A stretch of DNA of 64,000 nt from Gammaproteobacteria bacterium (GTDB lineage Bacteria; Pseudomonadota; Gammaproteobacteria; Steroidobacterales; Woeseiaceae): assembly GCA_037382365.1 (NCBI GenBank), contig JARRPZ010000003.1:99-64098 (forward strand). Direction: 5' to 3'. Made by a program: the position numbers and the translations under genes. Below are positions 49,315 through 58,758 of the stretch, one piece after another. Under the pieces are notes generated by a model. That model saw only the letters and a program-made list of their open reading frames with translations, did no database searches and had not been told where the DNA came from. The stretch's first letter is position 1. The number at the start of each line of letters is the position of its first letter.

Positions 49315-50337
49315 TCATCGCAGGTATCGGCTCTCCTGCAGGCGCCGCCACACGATATCCGCGGCGCGCTCCGCGAGTGCGTCCATCGAATGCAGCACCT
49401 TCTTCGGCAGGGGCTGCTTCACTTCGTAACTCACCTTGTAGACGTCCCGGCCCTCGACGGCGCCCGCCAGGAGTTCGTCGCTCGTCGCCAGTCCGTCGGC
49501 GAGCGCGAGTTCCAGCGCACGGGTGCCGTACCAGTGCTCGCCGGTCGCCACTTTCTCCATGTCCACATCCGGCCGGTAGCGCGTGATCGCGGCCTGGAAG
49601 AGTTCGTGCACGTCCTCGAGTTCCTGGCGCAATTTGTCCCGATCCTCGTCCGTGTTCTCGCCGAACATGGTCACCGTGCGCTTGTAGCGGCCCGCGGTGA
49701 TCTGCTCGAAGTCCACGCCATGGTTGTCGAGCAGCCGGTTGAAGTTCGGCAACTGGGCGAGCACGCCGATCGAGCCCAGGATGGCGAAGGGAGCGGCGAT
49801 GATGCGGTCGGCGATGCAGGCCATGAGGTAGCCGCCGCTCGCCGCGATACGATCGACGGCGACCGTGAGTTTCAGACCCGCCTCCCGCAGCCGCACCAGC
49901 TGGGAAGCCGCGAGCCCGTGCTCGTGCACCATGCCGCCGGCATTCTCCAGGCGCAGGAGTACTTCGTCATCCTCTTTCGCGACCGCCAGGATCGCGCTCA
50001 CCTCCTCGCGCAGCGCCGCCACCTCCGTCGCCTTGATGTCACCCTTGAAATCGATCACGAAGGTGCGCGGGCGGGTCTCGTCGCTCTTGGCCGCGCGCTT
50101 GGCAGACGCCTTCTCGGCCTTCGCCAGCGCCTTGGCCGCCTTGCGATTGACGACACTCTTCTTCAGCGTACCGGCGAGCTTGCGGTAGCGTTCGTTGAGG
50201 TTCTCCACCTTGAGTCCCTCGCCGCCGGAGACCTTCCGGGAGGCGGCGGCGGCGAACGCGATAATCACCAGGATGGCGCCGACGAAGGTCACCGTCTTGG
50301 CCAGGAACAGGCCGTAATCCGCGAGGAATTCTCCCAT
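49315..50337 (-). CDS. sohB: Protease SohB (S49 peptidase family)
   Basis: An N-terminal TM helix is followed by the S49 core (DFKGDI, AASGGYLMAC, GSIGV). The length is close to E. coli SohB. Confidence 0.88.
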   Translation of the reverse strand: MGEFLADYGLFLAKTVTFVGAILVIIAFAAAASRKVSGGEGLKVENLNERYRKLAGTLKKSVVNRKAAKALAKAEKASAKRAAKSDETRPRTFVIDFKGDIKATEVAALREEVSAILAVAKEDDEVLLRLENAGGMVHEHGLAASQLVRLREAGLKLTVAVDRIAASGGYLMACIADRIIAAPFAILGSIGVLAQLPNFNRLLDNHGVDFEQITAGRYKRTVTMFGENTDEDRDKLRQELEDVHELFQAAITRYRPDVDMEKVATGEHWYGTRALELALADGLATSDELLAGAVEGRDVYKVSYEVKQPLPKKVLHSMDALAERAADIVWRRLQESRYLR

Positions 50338-50351
50338 AACGCCCTGCCCCG

Positions 50352-51368
50352 TCAGGAAGCCGCCTCGGCCGGGATGCCGACGTTGTTCCGCTCGAGCACC
50401 CGTTCCGCCCGATAACTCGAACGCACCAGCGGACCGGCCACGACCTCGAGGAAGCCACGGGCGAGGCCCTGGCGCCGGTAAGCCGCGAATTCGTCGGGAG
50501 AGACGAAGCGCTCGACGGCCAGATGGTTCCTGGTCGGCTGCAGATACTGGCCGAGCGTCAGGATATCAACGTCCGCCGCACGCAGGTCGTCCATGGTCTC
50601 CAGTATCTCTTCGTCCGTCTCGCCGAGACCCAGCATCAGGCTGGTCTTCGTGAGTACGTCGGGTCGGTGGCGTTTCGCATGGGCCAGGACGGCCATCGTC
50701 TGGTCGTAGCCGGCGCGCGGGTCGCGCACCGGATGCGTCAGCCGGCGCACCGTCTCCACATTCTGCGCGAAGACCTCGAGTCCGGAATCGACCAGTGTCT
50801 CCACGGCGGTCTCGTCGCCGCCGAAGTCCGGGGTCAGCGCCTCCACCGCCGTCTGCGGCCGCAGCGCCTTGATGGCGCGAACACAGGCGGCATAGTGGGC
50901 GGCACCGCCATCCGGCAGATCATCCCGATCCACCGACGTCAGCACCACGTAATCCAGATTCATGAGATCGACCGCGCGGGCCGTGTTGGCAGGTTCTTCC
51001 GGATCCAGCCAGCCCCGCGGATTGCCGGTGTCCACGGCACAGAAGCGACAGGCGCGCGTGCATACGGAGCCCATCACCATGATGGTCGCCGTGCCCGCAT
51101 TCCAGCACTCCCCGACATTCGGGCATTTCGATTCCTCGCACACCGTACTGAGCCGGTTCGCGCGGACCGTCTGCCGCACCTCCGCATATTTCTCGCCCGA
51201 CGGCATCTTCGCGCGCAACCAGCGCGGCTTCCCGCCTCGCGTGACCGGCTGCGGTTCCCGCGCGCTCTTCACGCCGTCCTTGATCGCCGTGAATCCGGTA
51301 TCGGTGCGATATTTCTCGCCGCTCCTCACGATGGGGATGCCTCGGAATCCGGCCCTGATCTCTGTCAT
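50352..51368 (-). CDS. lipA: Lipoyl synthase
   Basis: It has the [12 protein letters not shown] auxiliary cluster motif and the radical-SAM CTRACRFC. Confidence 0.96.
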   Translation of the reverse strand: MTEIRAGFRGIPIVRSGEKYRTDTGFTAIKDGVKSAREPQPVTRGGKPRWLRAKMPSGEKYAEVRQTVRANRLSTVCEESKCPNVGECWNAGTATIMVMGSVCTRACRFCAVDTGNPRGWLDPEEPANTARAVDLMNLDYVVLTSVDRDDLPDGGAAHYAACVRAIKALRPQTAVEALTPDFGGDETAVETLVDSGLEVFAQNVETVRRLTHPVRDPRAGYDQTMAVLAHAKRHRPDVLTKTSLMLGLGETDEEILETMDDLRAADVDILTLGQYLQPTRNHLAVERFVSPDEFAAYRRQGLARGFLEVVAGPLVRSSYRAERVLERNNVGIPAEAAS

Positions 51369-51487
51369 GGAACTCCCTTCTGGATGCCGCTGGCCAAATG
51401 CAGATCGGCCCGCTATTGTCGCATGCCGTCCGGTGGCATCAAACTTGGTCGCAGTTTTGTCGCCGGTTCACCGCCACGGGGAACGAC

Positions 51488-52309
51488 ATGGCATTGCAGG
51501 GACACCTGAGGAAACTCCGCGTCGAGCACGATGCGCCGGTCACCTACCGGCTGCGGCTCGACGAAGCGGAGGAGACGCTGAACGATTATATCGGCCGTGA
51601 GATCGCCCTGGCCCACACCGGTGACATCCACTGCGTCGCCTGCGGCCGCAGGACCTCCAGGAGCTTCAATCAGGGCTACTGCTTCCCCTGCGCCCGTGGC
51701 CTCGCCCGCTGCGATATCTGCATCGTGCGTCCGGAGCGCTGCCACTTCCACGAGGGCACCTGCCGCGAGCCGGACTGGGGCCAGGCGCACTGCATGCGGG
51801 GTCACGTGGTCTATCTCGCCAACTCCTCCGGACTGAAAGTGGGCATCACCCGGGAGTCGCAGATCCCCACCCGGTGGATCGATCAGGGCGCGCGTCAGGC
51901 GTTGCCGATCCTGCGCGTCGCGAGTCGGCTCGTCGCCGGCCTCGCCGAAGTGGCCATCGGCCGGCACGTCGCGGACAAGACCGACTGGCGGCGAATGCTG
52001 AAAGGCGACCCGGAGCCACGGTCGCTGGCGACCCACCGGGACGAACTGCTCGATCTGGCCGGGGAAGCACTCGACGCGATCGTCTCCGAATTCGGCACCG
52101 GCACGGTGGAGTGGCTCAGCGACGCCGAAGAGGTCGGGATCGACTATCCTGTCGTCGAGTACCCGGAGAAAGTGCGCGCGCTGAACTTCGACAAGACCCC
52201 CGAACTGAGCGGCCGGCTCATGGGTATCAAGGGGCAGTATCTGATCCTGGACACGGGCGTCCTGAACGTGCGCAAGTACGCCGGCTACGAGGTGACCTTC
52301 GAAGGCTGA
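51488..52309 (+). CDS. DUF2797 family protein (Cys-rich)
   Basis: The Cys cluster CVACGR...CFPC...CDICI...CHFHEGTC is followed by VYLANSSGLKVGIT. The pattern is recalled for DUF2797. ATG at 51488. Confidence 0.6.
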   Translation: MALQGHLRKLRVEHDAPVTYRLRLDEAEETLNDYIGREIALAHTGDIHCVACGRRTSRSFNQGYCFPCARGLARCDICIVRPERCHFHEGTCREPDWGQAHCMRGHVVYLANSSGLKVGITRESQIPTRWIDQGARQALPILRVASRLVAGLAEVAIGRHVADKTDWRRMLKGDPEPRSLATHRDELLDLAGEALDAIVSEFGTGTVEWLSDAEEVGIDYPVVEYPEKVRALNFDKTPELSGRLMGIKGQYLILDTGVLNVRKYAGYEVTFEG

Positions 52310-52351
52310 CCACGATCGCCTGGCGTCGTGGGCGGCTGCATCCGGTCGACC

Positions 52352-52576
52352 TCAGTGCAGTCGGGACCAGGTCAGCAGTCGGACGCAGTCCACGTCCAGA
52401 TCGAAGTTCTTGGCGAGCAGGACCTGGATGGCGTCGCCATCCAGTTCGGCGTCCGCCGGGCGCCAGATCTCGACGATACCGCTGAACTCGTCGCCATGCC
52501 GGCCACCCGACTCGGTCAGGAGGAACTCCGTGTAGAACTTTTCGCAGTACTCCGCCATGAGCCCGAGGATAGGCAT
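52352..52576 (-). CDS. Hypothetical small protein (74 aa), family not recognised
   Basis: The ORF has consistently G/C-rich third positions (coding-like). I recognised no motif. Confidence 0.45.
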   Translation of the reverse strand: MPILGLMAEYCEKFYTEFLLTESGGRHGDEFSGIVEIWRPADAELDGDAIQVLLAKNFDLDVDCVRLLTWSRLH

Positions 52577-52830
52577 CCCTCACGCCCCCAGACTGTGAGC
52601 GGGCGCACAGAACGGCCTTCCGCCCCCCTTTCCCCGTCCCGTACCGTCCTGCGGATCGGTCCGGGCAGATACCACCTGGACGCGGCCTGCCGTTCGATGA
52701 TCGTCTTGCTCCACCGCTGCATGTCGTTCATTTCGTTTTCCCGTCGTTCGAAAAAATTGTCCCTTTACATCCATAGATGCCACCGAGACCGATTTGGTTG
52801 CAACGGCGTACGGCCGGACATCTGCGCCGG

Positions 52831-52975
52831 GCAGCAGGACCTTCAGGCCCGAAAGGATCCATGGGAGCGGCTTCAGCCGCGGTCGGGAGCTGCAGGAGCG
52901 GCTTCAGCCGCCATAAGGCGCTGTAGCAGCGGCTTCAGCCGCGATTCGGAATCGGGCCTGAAGGCCCTCCTACCG
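52831..52975. repeat. Cluster of REP-like palindromic intergenic repeats
   Basis: agcggcttcagccgc (hairpin GCGGC-TTCA-GCCGC) occurs three times with 31-nt spacing (52866, 52897, 52928). It is flanked by ccttcaggcc and gggcctgaaggccc hairpins and the gattcggaatcgg motif. Confidence 0.65.
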
Positions 52976-53869
52976 ATTCGAGCGCCACCAGTCGGCGATG
53001 ATGCCGCCGGTGGTCCGGTTCACCAGGTAGCCGTACTCGCTGTGCACGTGCAGTTCGCCCTCCCGGCGAAAGAAATTGAGCACCTCGTAATCCTCGATGT
53101 CCTCCACGAGTCCGGCCGCGATCATCTCTCCGAAGTCGCGGCGTGCGGAACGATCGAGGGCGGTCAGCTCACCGATCGCCGCGATGTTCACCCAGCGACG
53201 GATATTCGTCGGGTAGCGTTCCACACCGTCCGCCACGTTGCTCTTCAGCCGGCGCTGCACGAAGCGCTGTCCCAGCGGACTGCCGAGCGTCAGGAACAGG
53301 TCGACCCGTCCCGCGCGGTCGTCCACCCGCGACAGTTCCCACAGAGCGTCCCATGCGATCACCGACCCCATCGAATGACCGATCAGCAGTACGGGCCTGT
53401 TCTCGAGCCACGCCGCCTCCAGCCGGATCTCGAGGCGGTGTCTGATACGCCTGCCGATATCCGCGACGTTGTGCACGTAGCGACGCACATCGGCGAGGGT
53501 CACCTGCATCCGCTCGTCGGCGAGATGCGGGATCAGGAAAGGCAGCATGTCACCCAGCAGATACGCGAGGCGCAGCAGTCGCTTGCTCCAGGAGCGCGCT
53601 TCGGCGACGTCGCGCTCCGTCGGGCCGGGCTTCTGCAGCAGCTCCTCGATGGCCGGGAGATCCGGATCGATGGCGGCATGGGAGCCGTAAAAGAGCCAGG
53701 TCCAGTCGGCCAGCGTCAGGCAGCCAGGGCACGATCGCATGGCCGCTGCGACCTGTTCGTCGGCCCGCCGCACGCCTTCGAGCAGAGTGCGCCAGACCTG
53801 CTGGCGATGCAGGTCCGGTTCCGGTTTTGGCCTCATACCGGGCACGAAGACGATGACGGGTCGCGTCAT
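52970..53869 (-). CDS. Alpha/beta hydrolase (lipase-like, GHSMGS nucleophile elbow)
   Basis: VIVFVPGMRPKP, LIGHSMGSVIAW and LGSPLG are present. Specificity is unknown. Confidence 0.7.
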   Translation of the reverse strand: MTRPVIVFVPGMRPKPEPDLHRQQVWRTLLEGVRRADEQVAAAMRSCPGCLTLADWTWLFYGSHAAIDPDLPAIEELLQKPGPTERDVAEARSWSKRLLRLAYLLGDMLPFLIPHLADERMQVTLADVRRYVHNVADIGRRIRHRLEIRLEAAWLENRPVLLIGHSMGSVIAWDALWELSRVDDRAGRVDLFLTLGSPLGQRFVQRRLKSNVADGVERYPTNIRRWVNIAAIGELTALDRSARRDFGEMIAAGLVEDIEDYEVLNFFRREGELHVHSEYGYLVNRTTGGIIADWWRSNR

Positions 53870-53885
53870 GGCAGCGGTCGCGGTT

Positions 53886-54578
53886 TCAGTCGCTCTCGAG
53901 CAGATCGAGCAGGCCGTGGAAATCTTCGACGATGACGTGGGGAGGCAGCAAGGTCTGCGGCCATGTCTCGCCGCGCCGGTTCACCCACGCCGTCAGCAGG
54001 CCGGCCCGCCGGGCGCCCTCGATGTCGTGGTCGGGATGATCACCGACATGCAGCACGTGGCCGGGATCGCTCCCGGCGTGCTCCATCGCTTGTTCGAATA
54101 TCCGTCGATCGGGCTTCGGCGCGCCCGCGGACACCGCGGTCACGATGCCATGGAAGAAGTGGGCGACGCCGATACGGTGCAGATCCGCATTCCCGTTGGT
54201 GACGGCGACGAGCCGGTAACGTCCGGCCAGATGCTCCAGTGCGGGCCGCACGTCGGCGAAGAACTCGACTTCGTTGCGATGGCGATCGAAGACGTCGAAA
54301 GCCTCGTCCGCCAGCGATTCCGGATAATCGACGCGCCGGGCCATCTCCTGCATCACCGCACGGCGCAGGAAGCGGAAATCGTGGCTCTGATCCGGATTGG
54401 CAGCCGCCACCTCTTCGCGCAGCGCCATCATGTCCGCCGGCGCGAATCGCTGGGGAATGCGCGGATAGTGCTGACGCAGCCAGTCCCCGAGCTTGCGCTC
54501 GGCGCGGCGGATCACCGGGGCGACGTCCCACAGCGTATCGTCCAGGTCGATGGTCAACGCTCGGATGTTGCTCAGCAT
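53886..54578 (-). CDS. HAD-IA family hydrolase
   Basis: Motif I is [15 protein letters not shown] and the motif IV-like [12 protein letters not shown] follow. I chose the ATG at 54578. Confidence 0.8.
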   Translation of the reverse strand: MLSNIRALTIDLDDTLWDVAPVIRRAERKLGDWLRQHYPRIPQRFAPADMMALREEVAAANPDQSHDFRFLRRAVMQEMARRVDYPESLADEAFDVFDRHRNEVEFFADVRPALEHLAGRYRLVAVTNGNADLHRIGVAHFFHGIVTAVSAGAPKPDRRIFEQAMEHAGSDPGHVLHVGDHPDHDIEGARRAGLLTAWVNRRGETWPQTLLPPHVIVEDFHGLLDLLESD

Positions 54579-54658
54579 GGCTAAGGCGGATCTCCGGACC
54601 GACGGGCCGCTATAATGTCGGCTCCGTCCATCCGATAACAAGTCGAGGCCCGCAGGGA

Positions 54659-55078
54659 ATGAAATATCTGCACACCATGGTACGCGTCAGCGACCTCGAC
54701 GAGTCGCTCGACTTCTACTGCAAAAAGCTGGGTATGCGCGAGATCCGCCGCTACGACAGCGACCAGGGCCGCTTCACGCTGGTCTTCGTGGCGCCGCCGG
54801 GCAACGAGGACTGTCCGCTGGAGCTCACCTACAACTGGGACCCGGAAGAGTACGGCGAGGGCCGCAATTTCGGACACGTCGCCTATCAGGTAGACGATAT
54901 CTACGACACCTGCCGCAGACTCATGGACGCGGGCGTCACCATCAATCGCCCGCCGCGTGACGGCCGCATGGCGTTCGTGCGCTCGCCGGACAACATCTCC
55001 GTCGAACTGCTGCAGCGAGGCGATGCGCTGCCGCCGGAAGAGCCCTGGAAGTCGATGGAGAACACCGGGCACTGGTAA
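54659..55078 (+). CDS. gloA: Lactoylglutathione lyase (glyoxalase I)
   Basis: [29 protein letters not shown] and the C-terminal SVELLQ are colinear with GloA. Confidence 0.92.
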   Translation: MKYLHTMVRVSDLDESLDFYCKKLGMREIRRYDSDQGRFTLVFVAPPGNEDCPLELTYNWDPEEYGEGRNFGHVAYQVDDIYDTCRRLMDAGVTINRPPRDGRMAFVRSPDNISVELLQRGDALPPEEPWKSMENTGHW

Positions 55079-55100
55079 CACCGCCCGCCGATCCCCGGCG

Positions 55101-55246
55101 CCGGCGGGCCTTCGGGCCCGATTCGTATGAGTGGGAGTGGCGACTGCCGCGGACGCGCCGAAAGAACATACAGGAGCGGCTCTGGGCGCGATGCGGAATC
55201 GGCCGCGATCGGAAATCGGGGCTCAAGCCCCTCCTGCGGGGCCCCG
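55101..55246. repeat. Second REP-like repeat cluster (same family as 52831-52975)
   Basis: It contains gggccttcgggcccgattcg, caggagcggctctgggcgcgatgcggaatcgg and ccgcgatcggaaatcggggctcaagcccctcctg. These share the gat(t)cggaa(t)cgg core and GC hairpins with the first cluster. Confidence 0.55.
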
Positions 55247-56161
55247 CTACGAGTGGCGCTCGCGGCTCGATCGGGACACGCTCGGCTGATCGAGCGCGGA
55301 GGAGGCGGGCGATGCGGGCGAGCGCAGCGTAATCAGCAGCACGCCGCCCAGCGTCAGGAGGCCGCCGACGACCATACGCGGTGTGAGCTGATCATCCAGC
55401 AGGAGCACGCCGAACATCACGCCGAACAACGTGGACATCAGCATCAGCGGCGAGATCAGCGAGACGTCGTAGCGCTGCACGAGGTAGTAGGTCGCGCCGT
55501 GGCCGAACAGGCTCGCGCCGATGGCCGAGAAACCGACCGCTGCCCAGCCGAGCGCGTCGGTACCGGCGACCGCCGCTGCCTGCCCCTCCTCCAGCGTCAG
55601 CGACGCCGCCAGCAGCAGCGGCCAGGAGATCGTGGCCAGCCAGCCCTGCAGCTCGAAAACGCCGACATTCTCGAGCTTCTTCATCAGCAGCATGCCCGTC
55701 GCGGCCATCAGCGCGCCCGATATCACGAACGCCAGCGCCGGCAGGTAGCCCAGCACCCGTGGATCGAAACCGATGATCATGACGCCGGCGAAAGCGAGCC
55801 CGATGCCGGTCCAGCGCTTCCAGCGCACCTGCTCACCGAGGAAGATGATCGACAGCACCGTCGAGAACGGCACCACCAGTTGCAGCGCGATGGCGACGGT
55901 CGACACGTCGTCGGCCAGCGCCAGCCCCTGGTAAATCAGCGTGAAATGCAGCGCCCCCATGCTGAGCGCCACGCCGACGATGAGCGCCATGCGGCCGCGC
56001 ATGATGCGCAGCACGGGGAACAGCACCAGAAACAGGAGCAGGAATCGCAATGCGGCGAACAGCAGCGGGGGCAGCTGACCCATCGCGAACTTCGCCGCCA
56101 CCAGATTGAAGCCGAACACCAGGTTGATGGCGATGACGAGCGCGATATGCGGCAGGGTCAT
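55247..56161 (-). CDS. EamA/DMT superfamily transporter
   Basis: The product has about ten TM segments and duplicated EamA-like halves. I chose the ATG at 56161 (MTLPHIALVIAINLVFG). Confidence 0.85.
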   Translation of the reverse strand: MTLPHIALVIAINLVFGFNLVAAKFAMGQLPPLLFAALRFLLLFLVLFPVLRIMRGRMALIVGVALSMGALHFTLIYQGLALADDVSTVAIALQLVVPFSTVLSIIFLGEQVRWKRWTGIGLAFAGVMIIGFDPRVLGYLPALAFVISGALMAATGMLLMKKLENVGVFELQGWLATISWPLLLAASLTLEEGQAAAVAGTDALGWAAVGFSAIGASLFGHGATYYLVQRYDVSLISPLMLMSTLFGVMFGVLLLDDQLTPRMVVGGLLTLGGVLLITLRSPASPASSALDQPSVSRSSRERHS

Positions 56162-56218
56162 GGATCGGCCCGGGAACGGAGGGGAAGCCGCGCAGGATAC
56201 CACTCGCCACGGTGGCGG

Positions 56219-57070
56219 TCAGACGGCGGCGGTCTCCGGTCCGAGCCGGCAGTGCTCCCAGGCGAGCATCGCGCGTTTCCGATCCGGACCCCAGCGGTAA
56301 CCGCCGAGTTCTCCGTTCCGCCGCAGCACGCGGTGACACGGGATCAGCCAGGCGACCGGATTGGCACCGACCGCATTGCCGACCGCACGGCTCGCCCCCG
56401 GTCTGCCGATCGCCGCAGCCAGTCGTCCGTAGTCGGTCGTTTCGCCCGCGGATACGGCCAGCAGAGCACGCCAGACCTGTTGCTGGAAATTGGTGCCGCG
56501 GACGTGCAGCACGCGGCCGCCGGCAGCACCGTCGAAGATGCCGCGGAGCACCTCGCCGGCGGCCTCGTCGGCCACGATCCGGGCGCCCGGCCAGGCGCGG
56601 GAGAGGTCGGCCTGCGCTTCCCTCTCACTGCGCTCGCCGAGAAAGCCGAGTTCGACGATGCCACGATCGCTGCGGGCGACGAAGGCCGGGCCGAACGGCG
56701 TGTCGCCGCAGCCGGCACGCAGCAGCACGCCACGCCCGCCACTCTTGAATTCACCCGGGCTGACGGCTTCCACCGTCACGAACAGGTCGTGCAGCCGGCC
56801 GGGACCGGACAGACCGGCTTCCCATGCGGCGTCTTCCACGCTGGCGCCATCCAGCAGATCACGCTCGGCCCGGACCAGCCGCAGGCGGTTGAGATAGCGG
56901 GCCGGAGACAGGCCGGACCAGCGCCGGAACAGACGGCTGAAGTGCGCGGGGCTCAGTCCGGCAACGGCGGCGACGTCGTCGATCGACGGATGCGCCAGGA
57001 AGTTCGCGTCCATCCAGGCGATGGCGCGCTCGATGCGACGGTAGTCTTCCTGTCTGAGTGCACACTGCAT
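56219..57070 (-). CDS. AraC-type HTH fused to methylated-DNA--protein-cysteine methyltransferase (Ada/Ogt-like)
   Basis: The N-terminal AraC HTH (SPAHFSRLFRRWSGLSPARYL) is followed by the C-terminal MGMT active site IPCHRV. ATG at 57070. Confidence 0.85.
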   Translation of the reverse strand: MQCALRQEDYRRIERAIAWMDANFLAHPSIDDVAAVAGLSPAHFSRLFRRWSGLSPARYLNRLRLVRAERDLLDGASVEDAAWEAGLSGPGRLHDLFVTVEAVSPGEFKSGGRGVLLRAGCGDTPFGPAFVARSDRGIVELGFLGERSEREAQADLSRAWPGARIVADEAAGEVLRGIFDGAAGGRVLHVRGTNFQQQVWRALLAVSAGETTDYGRLAAAIGRPGASRAVGNAVGANPVAWLIPCHRVLRRNGELGGYRWGPDRKRAMLAWEHCRLGPETAAV

Positions 57071-57120
57071 GGACCGGAGAGTAGTACCGCGGGCGACGGC
57101 GTACCACCCGATTCCTGCGC

Positions 57121-58758
57121 TCAGGCGAGGCGTGCAAGCACTCCGTCGGTCTCTTCCGCCTGCCCCCCACGGCCGCCCCGCACGAAGGCATCCAGTTCGC
57201 GCACGAGGGCGCGGCCGTCCCAGGCCCCTTCGCCGGTGCCGTAACGGCTCCGGTTTAGCGCCTCGAGCTGCCCTGCGAGGCCAGCCGGCACCCGCGCCGC
57301 GAGCTCGCCCAGCGAGCGAGGCGGCGAGTCGGGCCAGCGGACGCTGCCCCATGCCAGCAGCGCCTCGGTGCACGCCGCGGTATCCGTTCCCCGACAGGCT
57401 TCCCTGACCGCTTTCAGTCGCCGTGCCTCGAGGCGGAATCGCGGCGCCTCTCGAGGCTCGCTCACCACGCGTGGCGTCCGGCGGCGGCTATACCACCAGG
57501 CGATCAGCGTGAGCGCCCAACCGCCGGCGAGGAGCAGGCTGATCCGGTACCAGAAGTCGTCGGTCGGCACGGGCGCCGGAGGCAACGCTTCCGAGGCGGG
57601 GGGACCGCCTGCAGCCGGTTCTGGCGCCGGCGGGACGGCGCCGGGGAGCACCTCGAGCCGCGTCGGCTCGAGCGTCGCCACTCTCCATTCGCCGGCCCGG
57701 ATGTCCCACCAGGGGATTTCGACCGTTTCGAAGCGCAGTTCGCCATCCCGGGCTGCGACCAGGGCGTAGCGGTCCGTTCGGATGCCCTGCACGCCCTGTT
57801 CGATACCGACGGTCTCCAGTTCGGGCTGGTCCGGGTAGCTGCGGACGCCGTCGGGCACCGGCAGATCCGGCGGCGGAATCTGGTTGGCCAGCAGACCCGC
57901 GGCTGCGAGCCGCACGGTACGGGTCACGGGTTCGCCGGCCGTCACGGGCCCGCCGTCCGGATCCCATTCCTGCTCCAGTGTCACGTCCAGTGCCGGCAGC
58001 CAGGCGGCATCAGGGTGAGCCGCGGGTGGGGGTGGCACGGGTCGGACCTCGACGTCGATCGACTCGGACAGGAATACCTTCCGGCCCGAGGCCCGGCCGG
58101 GCTCCCGCACCCGCGCCTGGAAGCGGGATGCGCCGATCGAGAGCGTCCCGCTCGCCTGTGGGAACAGGGCATAGCGTCGCTCGACCACCGCATAGGTGCG
58201 CCCGCCTATCACCGACTCGTAGCGCCGATCATCGCCCAGCGGCTGGACGAGCACCTCCACCCCGCCGAAGTCCGGCTGATCGAGACGGGGCTGCAGCGGG
58301 GACACGCCGATGAAGATCTTCACCGTGTATATCACCTGGGCCTGCACCCAGGTCTCGGGCGAGTCCACCTCGGCCAGCAGGAAGATGTCCGCCTCTCCCG
58401 GCGGCGACTTGCTAATCGGGTCCACATCGATGGTGAGGGGTGCGCTCGATTCGTTGCCCACCGGGACCGCGGGCACCACGAGTTCGCCGGTCCGCTTCGC
58501 CATCAGCGACACTGCCCAGGTCCGCGAACGGCTGACGCGGCCGTTCACGATCGTCGTGCTCGACGTCTGATTGCGGCCGAGGACCTCGAAGTCCTCCTCG
58601 AGCACGGCGAGATCCGGCTCACCGGCCGTCTCGCCATCGACCTCGATCAACAGCGTGAGCGACTCGTTGATCTCGATCCGGTTGCGGTCGACGGTGGCCG
58701 TCACCGCCGCGAACACCGCGGCCGGCGCCAGGAAGATCAGCAGCACGAGCCACCTCAC
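57121..58758 (-). CDS. batD: BatD-like (oxygen tolerance) protein
   Basis: A signal peptide is followed by the typical BatD opening TATVDRNRIEINESLTLLIEV, repeated beta-rich modules and a C-terminal TM helix. The GTG at 58758 overlaps the upstream TGA (GTGA). Confidence 0.75.
   Translation of the reverse strand: MRWLVLLIFLAPAAVFAAVTATVDRNRIEINESLTLLIEVDGETAGEPDLAVLEEDFEVLGRNQTSSTTIVNGRVSRSRTWAVSLMAKRTGELVVPAVPVGNESSAPLTIDVDPISKSPPGEADIFLLAEVDSPETWVQAQVIYTVKIFIGVSPLQPRLDQPDFGGVEVLVQPLGDDRRYESVIGGRTYAVVERRYALFPQASGTLSIGASRFQARVREPGRASGRKVFLSESIDVEVRPVPPPPAAHPDAAWLPALDVTLEQEWDPDGGPVTAGEPVTRTVRLAAAGLLANQIPPPDLPVPDGVRSYPDQPELETVGIEQGVQGIRTDRYALVAARDGELRFETVEIPWWDIRAGEWRVATLEPTRLEVLPGAVPPAPEPAAGGPPASEALPPAPVPTDDFWYRISLLLAGGWALTLIAWWYSRRRTPRVVSEPREAPRFRLEARRLKAVREACRGTDTAACTEALLAWGSVRWPDSPPRSLGELAARVPAGLAGQLEALNRSRYGTGEGAWDGRALVRELDAFVRGGRGGQAEETDGVLARLA

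Noticed and set aside
52516-52731. The 71-aa minus-strand ORF (MNDMQRWSKTIIERQ...) considered as a gene.
   Set aside because: Coding-like bias fades after about 30 codons, it overlaps the better-supported 74-aa gene out of frame, and it has no motif. It is mentioned under the finding for that region instead.
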